From positions 1-57,398 of the IMG/VR virus record IMGVR_UViG_3300010371_000008: a stretch of DNA of 57,398 bases; one strand, 5' to 3'. Positions 39,282-48,472 of this stretch are shown here, piece by piece (within the stretch, counting starts at the first letter, position 1; each line of letters starts with the position of its first letter). Under the pieces are notes generated by a model. It did not search any database, was not told where the DNA came from, and saw nothing but the letters and a program-made list of their open reading frames with translations. This stretch comes from a virus. Taxonomy: Duplodnaviria; Caudoviricetes. The position numbers were made by a program, and so were the translations under genes.

Positions 39282-39628
39282 AGACCATGGGTGAACCGTG
39301 GCAGCGGGAAGACTGCCCGGACGGCGTGAAGTCATGTCACGGGCACTACACCACCCCCGGCGCGAAAGTTTACGACATTGGGCACACCGACAGCCGCAAC
39401 TTTCACTACGTGAACGAGGTGGAAAACCTGGCCCGGGACAAGCGATTCACGGACGCCGAGCTGGCCGCCGAATACTGGCGGGCATCCGCCAACCCCAGAA
39501 TCCGCGCATACCAGCGCGACGAGGCCGGGAACGTTGCGGGCATTCCTGGCACCGGCTGGGAATACGAACACCAAATCATGCGCCGTTTAGCTACCCGCCC
39601 CAACTACGACGAGGACACCCGGCCATGA
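39278..39628 (+). CDS. Hypothetical protein
   Basis: ATGA overlaps. Confidence 0.55.
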   Translation: MKTMGEPWQREDCPDGVKSCHGHYTTPGAKVYDIGHTDSRNFHYVNEVENLARDKRFTDAELAAEYWRASANPRIRAYQRDEAGNVAGIPGTGWEYEHQIMRRLATRPNYDEDTRP

Positions 39629-39792
39629 TGCACGCATCGGTCAAACTGATCACGGGCGACGAGTACCAAAAATACTTTGACCCGAACAACGCCGTCCAGT
39701 TGGGCGACATGTTCACCCCGATTCTTCAAGGACTGCGGGAAGGGCTCATTACCGCCGTCGTCATCGAGCCCGCACTAAGGCCCGAATCATGA
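39625..39792 (+). CDS. Hypothetical protein
   Basis: ATGA overlaps. Confidence 0.5.
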   Translation: MMHASVKLITGDEYQKYFDPNNAVQLGDMFTPILQGLREGLITAVVIEPALRPES

Positions 39793-40211
39793 CCACCCCA
39801 ACACCCGAAGCCATCGAAGCCGCCAAGGATGCGATGCGGACAGTCACACCGCCGCCCGGAGTGTCGAAATCTGACTGGCTCGCTGAGCATGGCGGATGGG
39901 CACTGTTGGCCGGCGCTGTCGCCGCTGCTGCCCCGTTCATCGCCGCCCAAGCCAAAGTTGAGGCACTGGCACCCATCCTCGCGCTGCACCAGCCATCCCA
40001 GGTCTGGGAGTACGACGACGTAAACGGAGTGTTCAAGGTGGACGCAGACGGCGAGCAAATCCCCATGCACAAGCTCTGCATCGAATGCACGAGCGAGGAC
40101 GTGCTGGAAGCGGTGGGCGATTGCGACTACACCGAGGGAAGCCTGTCCGGTGAAGTCCGCTGGCCGTGCGCAACCTACGCCGCCGCCACCATCGAAGGGA
40201 AAGACTCATGA
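39789..40211 (+). CDS. Hypothetical protein
   Basis: LALH...CIEC...WPCAT motif. Confidence 0.6.
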   Translation: MTTPTPEAIEAAKDAMRTVTPPPGVSKSDWLAEHGGWALLAGAVAAAAPFIAAQAKVEALAPILALHQPSQVWEYDDVNGVFKVDADGEQIPMHKLCIECTSEDVLEAVGDCDYTEGSLSGEVRWPCATYAAATIEGKDS

Positions 40212-40417
40212 GCAGCCTGAACGAGACCGTAGCCGATTTCGAGCACGGCGGCGTGAACTACCAGATCGACAAGCTACTTGACCAGCCCGGAGTGTTCGCC
40301 TTGTTTGAGATTGGCGAACTTGGCAGCGCACCCAACCAGGTACTCGACTTCATCTGCTTCGACGATGACGAAGAAGACCTGATCGACACCGCGAAGGTGG
40401 CGCTGGACGATGAGTGA
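40208..40417 (+). CDS. Small acidic protein
   Basis: ATGA overlap; strongly Asp/Glu-rich. Confidence 0.55.
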   Translation: MSSLNETVADFEHGGVNYQIDKLLDQPGVFALFEIGELGSAPNQVLDFICFDDDEEDLIDTAKVALDDE

Positions 40418-40877
40418 CCCCGTGACGGCCCCGGACTTGGAACTGACTCCGGTCACCTTCGCGGATGCTTGCGCGTTCGTGGCCCTGCACCACCGCCACA
40501 GCAAGCCTCCGGTCGGGCATAAGTTCAGCATCGGTGTGGAGGCTGGCGGGAAGCTCGTTGGTGTGGCCATGGTGGGCCGTCCCGTTGCCAGGATGCTTGA
40601 CGACGGCCTCACGCTCGAGGTGAACCGGACCGCCACGGACGGCACACCCAACGCGAACTCGAAGCTGTACGGGGCGGCGTGGCGTGCAACCCGCGCACTC
40701 GGCTACCGCAAGCTCATCACCTACACGCAACGCGCCGAGTCCGGGTCATCACTACGCGCCGCTGGCTGGCGTGTCATCGCCCAACGCCCCGCACGCCCCG
40801 GCTGGACCACGCCCAGCAGACCCCGCAAAGACCACGGCACCGGCTACACCGAACGCACACTATGGGAGGCATCATGA
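40410..40877 (+). CDS. XF1762-family/Mom-like GNAT-fold protein
   Basis: FV..HHRH..PP.G.KF...GVA.VGRPVAR.LDDG.TLEV.R...S.LYGAA...LGY.KLITYT...E.G.SL.AAGW. Confidence 0.8.
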   Translation: MSDPVTAPDLELTPVTFADACAFVALHHRHSKPPVGHKFSIGVEAGGKLVGVAMVGRPVARMLDDGLTLEVNRTATDGTPNANSKLYGAAWRATRALGYRKLITYTQRAESGSSLRAAGWRVIAQRPARPGWTTPSRPRKDHGTGYTERTLWEAS

Positions 40878-41242
40878 CCAACACAACACCACCAGCCCCG
40901 GATTTGGAGAGCATCATCGCGGCAGCGCTGGCAGGGCATGACACTTGGGTGCCAGATACCGAGCACGGCGCCGTCGTGTGCGACGAGTGCGGGTGGGAGA
41001 TCTATTCCAAGTGGGTTGATCCGAACGCCGAGCAGACGACAGAGCAACGGAAGTACGCTCATCAGGCCCGTGCTGTGCTGGCCGCGCTGCGTGGGGCCGG
41101 GACGGTTCAGTTTGGCGCGACGGGCGAGGGGCGCGTCAGGGAATACGGCAGGGACCGCCGCAGTGCGCAGCTCAGCGCCCGCAGACGTCGCGGTGCGCTT
41201 GTCTCCCGCATGGTCACGCCATGGACGGCGGTGGAGGTGTGA
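40874..41242 (+). CDS. Hypothetical protein
   Basis: ATGA overlap; H...CDECG...HQA. Confidence 0.55.
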   Translation: MTNTTPPAPDLESIIAAALAGHDTWVPDTEHGAVVCDECGWEIYSKWVDPNAEQTTEQRKYAHQARAVLAALRGAGTVQFGATGEGRVREYGRDRRSAQLSARRRRGALVSRMVTPWTAVEV

Positions 41243-41487
41243 GCGCCACTTATGAGCAAGCCACCATGAAAGCCCGGACACTTCCCGGATACACCCCCAA
41301 CGAGGGGCACGCAGACCGCACCCGTGACCTGTGGCCCATGCCGTCCAACAGCCGCCGACGATGCCTCTGCGGATGCAACACGCGAGCAACACACAGCGGC
41401 GGAAACAACGCCATCGCGCTCATGTACGGATGCGAACTGCACGTGCGCCGATGGGTTCGAGACGGATACACAAGGAGAACACCATGA
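41239..41487 (+). CDS. Hypothetical protein
   Basis: GGAGG RBS; CLCGC...THxG...GCELH. Confidence 0.55.
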   Translation: MSATYEQATMKARTLPGYTPNEGHADRTRDLWPMPSNSRRRCLCGCNTRATHSGGNNAIALMYGCELHVRRWVRDGYTRRTP

Positions 41488-41828
41488 CCACGCTTGACGA
41501 GATCCAGGCACGAGCCGACGCAGCAACCGAGGGACCGTGGAAGGCAAATGATGTAGTCGATGAGGACACGGGTGATTTGGAGTATTCCGAGATCCTGCAC
41601 GACTACAAAAGAGAGTCCGGGGGCGTGTGGCCGAATCAGATTCTCGGCACCATGGATTACGACTCCGCCGACGCCGTGTTCATCGTCCACGCCCGGGAGG
41701 ACGTGCCGCGCCTGGTTGCCGCGCTCCGGGCCATTGAGGCGAGCATTGCCTACTGGGAAACCCTCTCGGACGGCGACCGACACTATGCCGGAGTCATCCG
41801 GAAACACATCCGGGAGGCGTTGGGATGA
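41484..41828 (+). CDS. Ead/Ea22-like protein
   Basis: LDEIQARADAATEGPW...DAVFIVHAREDVPRLVA. Confidence 0.65.
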   Translation: MTTLDEIQARADAATEGPWKANDVVDEDTGDLEYSEILHDYKRESGGVWPNQILGTMDYDSADAVFIVHAREDVPRLVAALRAIEASIAYWETLSDGDRHYAGVIRKHIREALG

Positions 41829-42019
41829 CCGCCGGGTATGTTCGCGGCTACTACGGCGTGCCAGCCAAACGGGGAATGCGTGTGACCGTCGAAGGCAGGC
41901 CGGGTGTGATCGTGTCATTCCCCGGCCAGTACATCGGCGTCCGGTTCGACGGCGAAAAGTTCACATCCAAATGCCACCCCACATGGGAAGTCCAATATTT
42001 GCAGCCGGTGGAATCATGA
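41825..42019 (+). CDS. Hypothetical protein
   Basis: YVRxYYGVPAKRGxRV...HPTW motif. Confidence 0.65.
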   Translation: MTAGYVRGYYGVPAKRGMRVTVEGRPGVIVSFPGQYIGVRFDGEKFTSKCHPTWEVQYLQPVES

Positions 42020-42198
42020 ACCGCCGACCAAACCTGCAAGAGTCCATTTCTGCCATCCTGTTCAACCACCCAGTCAGTGACGGGGCAGGCATGACCACCG
42101 AAGACATTGCCGAACAATGCGATGCCGCTTCACGCGCCATCATGGCCGAGCTGGCCAGCCGCTACATCATCCCGTGGGAAATCAGCAGAGCCCCGTGA
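42016..42198 (+). CDS. Hypothetical protein
   Basis: ATGA overlap. Confidence 0.5.
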   Translation: MNRRPNLQESISAILFNHPVSDGAGMTTEDIAEQCDAASRAIMAELASRYIIPWEISRAP

Positions 42199-42347
42199 AG
42201 TGGCAACCAGACCCGGCAGACCTGCACCACCCAGTACACGCCACCATCACCGGGTGCGACTACAAGGACACCAACCTTGTCTGCGCCGCCGACGGCCAAG
42301 ACTGGCCATGCGAAACCAAACAAACGTTACGGAGCACCACACCATGA
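42195..42347 (+). CDS. Hypothetical microprotein
   Basis: GTGA overlap; LH.P...C..D...WPC.T. Confidence 0.5.
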   Translation: MKWQPDPADLHHPVHATITGCDYKDTNLVCAADGQDWPCETKQTLRSTTP

Positions 42348-42478
42348 GCGACCAGCTCAACCCCCAAAACACGGGTCACCGCCCGCACGGTGGCGACAGC
42401 GGATGGTGCAAACTCAACGACCACGCCCACTGCCTCTACCCCAAATGCACATGCACATGCCACAAGGACCAACCATGA
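42344..42478 (+). CDS. Cys/His microprotein
   Basis: C...H..C...CTCTCH. Confidence 0.55.
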   Translation: MSDQLNPQNTGHRPHGGDSGWCKLNDHAHCLYPKCTCTCHKDQP

Positions 42479-42600
42479 ACCCTGACTGCCGCGACGGAAA
42501 ACACCGGACATGCTCCGGCACCGGGTGGGACGACAACACCGACCAGCCCGCACCATGCCCCTGCACATGCCACACCACCGACGAGGCACCGCAACCATGA
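42475..42600 (+). CDS. Cys/His microprotein
   Basis: C...H..C...CPCTCH. Confidence 0.55.
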   Translation: MNPDCRDGKHRTCSGTGWDDNTDQPAPCPCTCHTTDEAPQP

Positions 42601-42932
42601 ACATCAGTGGAACCTACGCCCGACGCCCCACAACCATCCTGGCCGCCGGCCAAACCCCAACCATCCCCGGAAAGCGCACACCCGCCATGCCCACCCAACA
42701 AGAACACTATCCCTTCTGCCCGTGCCCCACCTGCTTCACCATCAGGGAAAAAGCACACACCGAGCATTGGGCGTCTCTCAACCTGCACGAACGCATCCAA
42801 GAAACCCTGAACGCCAAAATTGAAGGCGACAACGGCAGAATGCCCGAAAAGGGGATGTTCAACTGCCGGGACATCCAAGACCTATTGGCCGAAAACATCC
42901 GGCTCACAGCCGAAAGGAACACGCACCAATGA
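42597..42932 (+). CDS. Hypothetical protein
   Basis: ATGA overlaps; HYPFCPCPTC. Confidence 0.5.
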   Translation: MNISGTYARRPTTILAAGQTPTIPGKRTPAMPTQQEHYPFCPCPTCFTIREKAHTEHWASLNLHERIQETLNAKIEGDNGRMPEKGMFNCRDIQDLLAENIRLTAERNTHQ

Positions 42933-43324
42933 ACCACCCAGGAGCACCCGCCGCCGACATGAAACCGGAATGGAAATCAACCTACCCCATGCTGCATTAT
43001 GCCTTGGAAACCATCAACCCGGACGAGTCACACACCTACGAAACTGTGGACGCGCAACGCGTGAAGTTCGCGGACGGGTTCGTGCAATTCTGGAACGAGC
43101 GCGGCCCGGACGAAGTGGACGAACTCGTGCTGGCTGTCGCCTACGTGGACGTGGCCAGCGTCTACGAAACCCCCACAGCGGAACCCCGCAACACGCACCC
43201 GGAAATCCTGGCGAAAGCCACCGAATGGGCACCCATACGGGAAGCAAACCAGCAGATCCGCGAAATCGTGCGTCCCGCCAAAGTCGCCGCCGAATTGCTG
43301 AACCTTGACACCGGCGACATATAA
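42929..43324 (+). CDS. Hypothetical protein
   Basis: GAAAGGA RBS; 131 aa. Confidence 0.6.
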   Translation: MNHPGAPAADMKPEWKSTYPMLHYALETINPDESHTYETVDAQRVKFADGFVQFWNERGPDEVDELVLAVAYVDVASVYETPTAEPRNTHPEILAKATEWAPIREANQQIREIVRPAKVAAELLNLDTGDI

Positions 43325-43376
43325 AACTATGCCCAAAATATCCATTACAAACGGAGGGATCACCCGTTTGCAAAGA

Positions 43377-43382
43377 TATAAT
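43377..43382 (+). promoter_or_regulatory. -10 element, probable leaderless transcript
   Basis: TATAAT six bases before ATG 43389 in an AT-rich gap. Confidence 0.45.
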
Positions 43383-43388
43383 TATGAT

Positions 43389-43577
43389 ATGCAACCAACA
43401 ACACCGGTTAGTTCCTCAACCCACAAACGGGGCTGTTGCTGGAATCCGTACGGGACATGCTCACGGCATTACAAATGCTCATGCCACACCCCCACGCCGC
43501 GCCAAGCCATCACCGAGGCACAAAAACGGTGGCAAGAACTCATTACCGAAATGGTGTCCGAAACCAATGACGACTGA
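43389..43577 (+). CDS. Cys/His small protein
   Basis: GCCW...C...CSCH. Confidence 0.45.
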   Translation: MQPTTPVSSSTHKRGCCWNPYGTCSRHYKCSCHTPTPRQAITEAQKRWQELITEMVSETNDD

Positions 43578-44463
43578 AACCCAATGCCCCACCTGCACCC
43601 GCACCAACTACACAGACGCCACCATCTGCCCCGCCTGCCGCAACTACCTCGAAACCTGCCTACTAGAAACCAGCTCACTACTGGACGACCTCGACGTAAC
43701 CCTCACCAAACAGGCACAAACACGAGGCCACGGCATGTCCGACGAAATAGACCCCGTGAAATTCATGTACAACATCGGTGCATCCAACGCCGCCGACCGG
43801 CACAAGCATGTTCTCATGTCCTGGGCCGCCCTCGTCCGTGACGAAGACGGGCAATGGCTACCAGTCGTAGACCAGACCGGCAAACCAATCCGCCGGCCAG
43901 GAGACCACCACCACATCAAAATGTGGCGACCCACTGAACGGTACACGGGCAAACCCACCGCCCAAGACGCCGCCGCCTACCTACTCCGGCACCTCCAATT
44001 CCTCACCCACCACGACGCAGCCGCCGACGCCTACGACGAAATAACCACCGCCTGCCAACAAATCGAACGCGTCATGGACATCCAACCCGGGCGCATGCTC
44101 GTAGGCGAATGCACCACCGGCCTACAACACGGCACCCCCTGCAGCACCATCCTCTGGGCTGCACCCCACACCACCAAAACCACATGCCCAACCTGTGACA
44201 CCGTGTGGGACGTCAAAACCCGCCGACTCCACACCTACCGGCAAGCCACCCACACCGCAGCCACAGCAACCACCATCACCCGCGCCCTCAACCTGGGCGG
44301 CATCGCCATCGACGCCCACCGCATCCACGTTTGGGCGTCCCGCGGCCTACTCACCCCAGCCGCCCCCAGACGGTACATCGTCGGGCACGTCGCCCGGCTA
44401 ATCATGCTCGCAGAAGCGGGCGAAAAACTCTCCCCCATCGAAGCTATGGAGCCCAGCAAATGA
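43567..44463 (+). CDS. Zn-finger/HTH DNA-binding protein (possible late regulator)
   Basis: CPTC...CPAC; GEC...C...CPTC; C-terminal IHVWASRG.L...Y.V HTH. Confidence 0.7.
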   Translation: MTTETQCPTCTRTNYTDATICPACRNYLETCLLETSSLLDDLDVTLTKQAQTRGHGMSDEIDPVKFMYNIGASNAADRHKHVLMSWAALVRDEDGQWLPVVDQTGKPIRRPGDHHHIKMWRPTERYTGKPTAQDAAAYLLRHLQFLTHHDAAADAYDEITTACQQIERVMDIQPGRMLVGECTTGLQHGTPCSTILWAAPHTTKTTCPTCDTVWDVKTRRLHTYRQATHTAATATTITRALNLGGIAIDAHRIHVWASRGLLTPAAPRRYIVGHVARLIMLAEAGEKLSPIEAMEPSK

Positions 44464-44969
44464 CAGCGCCAGGCATGAAAGTAGAGGATCGTTTTTGGCT
44501 ACACGTAGATAAGAACGGCCCAATCCCGCCCGACTTTCCCGAACTGGGGCGTTGCTGGACATGGACCATGGGCGTTGACCGCAAGGGCTACGGCGTGTTT
44601 CATCCGCATGGGGATAACATGCAGGCCCATCGCTATTCCTACGAACTGGCCAATGGCTCGATACCCGACGGTGCGGTGATAGACCACAAGTGTTACAACC
44701 CCCCATGCGTAAGACCATCGCATCTACATGCCGTTAGCTCGAAACAGAACAACGAGAACCGCCACGGCGCGAACCGAAACAACCACTCATCGGGCATCCG
44801 TGGCGTCACATGGCATAAGGGCGCATCCAAATGGGCAGCGTCCATTATGCACCAAAGAAAAAACGTTTATTTGGGCCTCTATATCGACATCCACGAGGCT
44901 GAGAACGCATGTATAGAAGCCCGACAAAAGATATTTTCCAACAGCAGACTTGATGAGGCAAGACCATGA
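44460..44969 (+). CDS. HNH endonuclease with AP2-like C-terminal domain
   Basis: CWTW...GYG...AHRYSY...IDHKC.NPPCV.P.HL...N; SGIRGVTW...KW.A...YLG.Y. Confidence 0.9.
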   Translation: MTAPGMKVEDRFWLHVDKNGPIPPDFPELGRCWTWTMGVDRKGYGVFHPHGDNMQAHRYSYELANGSIPDGAVIDHKCYNPPCVRPSHLHAVSSKQNNENRHGANRNNHSSGIRGVTWHKGASKWAASIMHQRKNVYLGLYIDIHEAENACIEARQKIFSNSRLDEARP

Positions 44970-45247
44970 AATATCAGCAGCTTAGCGGACAGGTAAAACA
45001 GCTTTGGTTGGACCATCACGGAGGCGTTCCGTTGGTTCCGGTCAGCGTGAAGCTGTGGATTCAAGGACGCGTTTCAGACGCGCTCATTGAGTACAGCGAT
45101 ACCAACGTGAAAGAGCTGTACAAGCACCTTGCATGGGATATGCGTCTTTCGGAGATTGAGACGGTACAAATGACAGATTGGCTGTCGTTTTCCCGGGATT
45201 ACGGGTTCTCGGTCAAGGTTGGCGCGGACGGCAGCGTGGAACCATGA
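44966..45247 (+). CDS. Hypothetical protein
   Basis: ATGA overlaps. Confidence 0.5.
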   Translation: MKYQQLSGQVKQLWLDHHGGVPLVPVSVKLWIQGRVSDALIEYSDTNVKELYKHLAWDMRLSEIETVQMTDWLSFSRDYGFSVKVGADGSVEP

Positions 45248-45438
45248 CAATCAAGTTTTACCGTGCCAAGATCAACGTCACCAAATCACCCGAAACATCC
45301 CCCGACCCAAATCTTCCGTGGCGATGCAGCGCCACGGGAAAATGCCCGTTTCCCACGTACTGGAGCCAGTGGAGCACCGCCATGTGGTGGGCAACACGAC
45401 CGATACGAGACGACGACCGCGAGGAAATGGGAGCATGA
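45244..45438 (+). CDS. Hypothetical protein
   Basis: ATGA overlaps. Confidence 0.45.
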   Translation: MTIKFYRAKINVTKSPETSPDPNLPWRCSATGKCPFPTYWSQWSTAMWWATRPIRDDDREEMGA

Positions 45439-45641
45439 AAACACGCAGCAGGAAACGCCTCGAAGCCAAATACCGGGGCCAATGGGAAGCCCGCATCAAA
45501 CTAGGCAAATCTTTCATCATCTACGTGGGCCGCAGCCGACACCTCAATCAATGGTCTGCACAGTATTGCAGCATCCCGGGATCGTTTTCACACGTCCGCC
45601 CCGCATTCAAACCGCTCATCCACAACGGAGGACGACCATGA
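45435..45641 (+). CDS. Hypothetical protein
   Basis: ATGA overlaps; C-terminal LIHNGG.P. Confidence 0.5.
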   Translation: MKTRSRKRLEAKYRGQWEARIKLGKSFIIYVGRSRHLNQWSAQYCSIPGSFSHVRPAFKPLIHNGGRP

Positions 45642-46102
45642 GCAAAAAATGGGAAACAATCCCTTTCTACCAGATCAAGCAAGGCGACCGGTTGAAAATC
45701 GACGCCAGCGTGGATGACCGGAAAGACACCTACCGGGGCACCGCCGCACGCCGAACCGGTTCCTCATGGATGACACTGGGCGGCGCGATACTGACCGGAC
45801 TAAGCCCGAGCACCGCATCAGACAAGATCCGCCGCCGCATAGTCAAGGCACCCGAACCGGAACCACTGCCCACCAAGTTCGGCAGCGTCATCCTGGTTCA
45901 CGAAATTTTGAACAACGCCTTGATTGGGGCGAACCCGATTACCCTTGACCCGCCCAAACCGTTCCACCTTATCCCCACAAACACATGGACACCTGTTGGC
46001 AGCGGCGAACAATGGGGATACCACGCGTCACACATCACCAAATGGGAGCACGCGTCAATCATCCCAACAGCCACACTCACCGCCGAAACGTGGAAGCCAT
46101 GA
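45638..46102 (+). CDS. Hypothetical protein
   Basis: GGAGG RBS; ATGA overlaps. Confidence 0.55.
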   Translation: MSKKWETIPFYQIKQGDRLKIDASVDDRKDTYRGTAARRTGSSWMTLGGAILTGLSPSTASDKIRRRIVKAPEPEPLPTKFGSVILVHEILNNALIGANPITLDPPKPFHLIPTNTWTPVGSGEQWGYHASHITKWEHASIIPTATLTAETWKP

Positions 46103-46230
46103 ACTTTATTACGTGGGCGTGGCTGATGTTCACCATCCTCACGATCCCAGTGATGATTTGGAGCAGTATCAAAGTGATACGCGAAGAACTTCAACGGCAA
46201 CGCGACTGCGAGAAGGACACCGAACCGTGA
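46099..46230 (+). CDS. Small membrane protein
   Basis: One TM helix; overlaps at both ends. Confidence 0.45.
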   Translation: MNFITWAWLMFTILTIPVMIWSSIKVIREELQRQRDCEKDTEP

Positions 46231-46802
46231 CCAAGCCACCCATCGAGTGGGAGCACCCCGAGAAATGCCACGCCCACAACCGGGGCGGCAAACAATGTGG
46301 ACGCAACCCAATCCCCGGCGGCGTCGTGTGCGTCATGCACGGCGGCAAAGCGCCAGCCGTGAAAGCCGCCGCCGAACAACGACTACGCACCCAAGCCATC
46401 GAAAAAGACGCCGCCGCCGTCATCGCCCACGAAGGCATCGACAACGTAGAAGACCCCCTAGACGAACTATCCAAGTTGGCGGCAGCAGCAACAGCCATGT
46501 GCGACGCCCTCGGTGCCAGGGTAAACGCCCTCGACAACCTCACCGGCTCGGACCACAACGGCGACGAAAAAATCTACGCCGAAGTACTCCTATACGAACG
46601 CGCCATGGACCGGGCCGCCCGCTTCCTCGACCTACTCGTAAAAGCCGGTTTCATGGAACGGCAAGTACGCATCCAAGAAGGCACCGCAAACGCCGTCGTC
46701 CACGTCCTACAACGCATCTTTGAACGGCTCAACCTCACCCCGGAACAGGCCGCCCAAATCCCCACCATCGTCCCCGAAGAACTGCGCGCACTCGAAGGAT
46801 AA
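46227..46802 (+). CDS. Terminase small subunit-like protein (HGG motif)
   Basis: C.A....G..C...P..G..VC.MHGG.AP followed by a helical region. Confidence 0.6.
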   Translation: MTKPPIEWEHPEKCHAHNRGGKQCGRNPIPGGVVCVMHGGKAPAVKAAAEQRLRTQAIEKDAAAVIAHEGIDNVEDPLDELSKLAAAATAMCDALGARVNALDNLTGSDHNGDEKIYAEVLLYERAMDRAARFLDLLVKAGFMERQVRIQEGTANAVVHVLQRIFERLNLTPEQAAQIPTIVPEELRALEG

Positions 46803-47013
46803 AAAAATGTCCAAAAAACCCGCTTGAAGTGTTGACAACACACACTTGAGATGTTTTACTTGTGATAGTCGATAAGTCTCTAAAGAAGACAGACGGCCCC
46901 GCGCTGAACAAGCGCCCAAAAACTACCCGGCCGGTAGCGACACTACGCCGCCAGGACCCGGCCGGGCCTACCCAAAGTCACCAGCGCCCCACCGCGCCGG
47001 AAAGGTGCACACC

Positions 47014-48369
47014 ATGGGACAATGCAAATACGCCGAAGCCGCCGAAAAAATCGACGACAGACTAGACCAATACACGTCACGGCAAGCCGCAACCATCACC
47101 GGCATCAGCAAATCAGCCATCAACCGGCACCGCGCCAAAGACTGCATCTGCTACGGCAAACCAGCCCCCCACACCACCGGCACCACACACCCAGCCACAG
47201 CCGACATCCTCACCGGACACGTCGAAGTAGGCCCCGACGGCGGCAAATTCACCGGCGTCCAAACCACCGAAAAAGTCACCGACTGGCGGCACATCTTCCA
47301 GCGCTTCAACCTCGACCCCGAAGAATTCGAAATCGTGGGCGACACCGTACACTGCGGAACCTGGCAACAATCCAAGGCCCTCGAAGACGGCACCCGCGAC
47401 ATTGTGAACCTGTACTCCTACCGGGCACAATTCACCAAAAGACGCACTGGCCCTAGCGTTGATCCGGTAGCGATCCTGGCAGCACTCCGCACCGACGACA
47501 ACCCGTGGAACCACCCACGCACCGCCGGCATACTCTACGGCCAAGATTCCACATTTGGAATGTGCATCAACGACATTCAACTAGGCCAGTCCTACAACGG
47601 CGGCAGCCCGGCAACGATTGCCCAATTCCACCGGTACGTCACCGAAGCCGCCCAACGAGTCACCGAACTACGGCAGCTCGGCCGCCGCCTCGAAAACCTC
47701 CTAATCGTGGTTGGTGGCGACCTTGGCGAAGGCTGCGTAATCTACCCGAACCAGGCATTCAACCTCGACCTCGACCGGAAACAACAGTCAGAGGGCATCA
47801 TTGCCCTGCTGCTGCACACCCTCGACACCATGGCCCCCATGTTCGAACACGTCCAAGTGTTGGCATGCAAAGGCAACCACGGCGAACACCGCATCAACGG
47901 AAAACTCACCACCCTGGGCGACAACGACGACACGCACGCCGTAGAAATGGCGAAACTCGCACTCAGCCGCGACCCCGAAATGCGGCACATCGACTGGACA
48001 ATTGCCGGTGACGAAGCCGCAGTAAGCACCCACGTTTACAAGTGGATTGTTGCCACCACCCACGGCGACGTATTCGCCAAAGGTGTGGCCGGGCCAACCA
48101 CGGAACGCAAAGCCCACGCATGGATGAAAAACATGGCCGCAGCACGCAAGAGGTTTGGTGACGTTGCCGACGCCGACGTGCTCATCACCCACCACTTCCA
48201 CCACGACGAAATGGCCGACTGGGGCGACACCCTGTGGCGGCAGACCCGTTCACAGGATCGGGGCTCACCCGGATTCTCCCAAGCAACTGGCACTTATTCG
48301 ATTCCGGGCATGTTGACGTTCGTTATTACACCGGATGTTCGGTGGCAGGACGAGTACACGCTGACCTGA
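47014..48369 (+). CDS. Calcineurin-like metallophosphoesterase with N-terminal HTH
   Basis: DIQLG, GGDLGEG, GNHG, THGD, HHFH motifs; SRQAATITGISKSAINRH. Confidence 0.8.
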   Translation: MGQCKYAEAAEKIDDRLDQYTSRQAATITGISKSAINRHRAKDCICYGKPAPHTTGTTHPATADILTGHVEVGPDGGKFTGVQTTEKVTDWRHIFQRFNLDPEEFEIVGDTVHCGTWQQSKALEDGTRDIVNLYSYRAQFTKRRTGPSVDPVAILAALRTDDNPWNHPRTAGILYGQDSTFGMCINDIQLGQSYNGGSPATIAQFHRYVTEAAQRVTELRQLGRRLENLLIVVGGDLGEGCVIYPNQAFNLDLDRKQQSEGIIALLLHTLDTMAPMFEHVQVLACKGNHGEHRINGKLTTLGDNDDTHAVEMAKLALSRDPEMRHIDWTIAGDEAAVSTHVYKWIVATTHGDVFAKGVAGPTTERKAHAWMKNMAAARKRFGDVADADVLITHHFHHDEMADWGDTLWRQTRSQDRGSPGFSQATGTYSIPGMLTFVITPDVRWQDEYTLT

Positions 48370-48378
48370 CCCCATGGA

Positions 48379-48434
48379 TGACAGTGTGTCAACAAACACC
48401 ATAGTACAGCTAACGGTGTACTGACACACTGTCA
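48379..48434. repeat. 13-bp inverted repeat/hairpin between the phosphoesterase and the next gene
   Basis: tgacagtgtgtca ... tgacacactgtca with inner acacc/ggtgt. Confidence 0.6.
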
Positions 48435-48472
48435 CCAAACCCGCACCCCTGCTATCCCCCAGGAGCACCACC

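Noticed and set aside
44460-44969. HNH (and the GIY-YIG at 35473) as intron-encoded homing endonucleases
   Set aside because: Both appear free-standing between intact genes, with no interrupted host gene or intron structure seen.
46832-46870. TTGACA promoter upstream of the phosphoesterase operon
   Set aside because: The -35 is perfect but I found no convincing -10 at 16-18 bp spacing, so it is not called.
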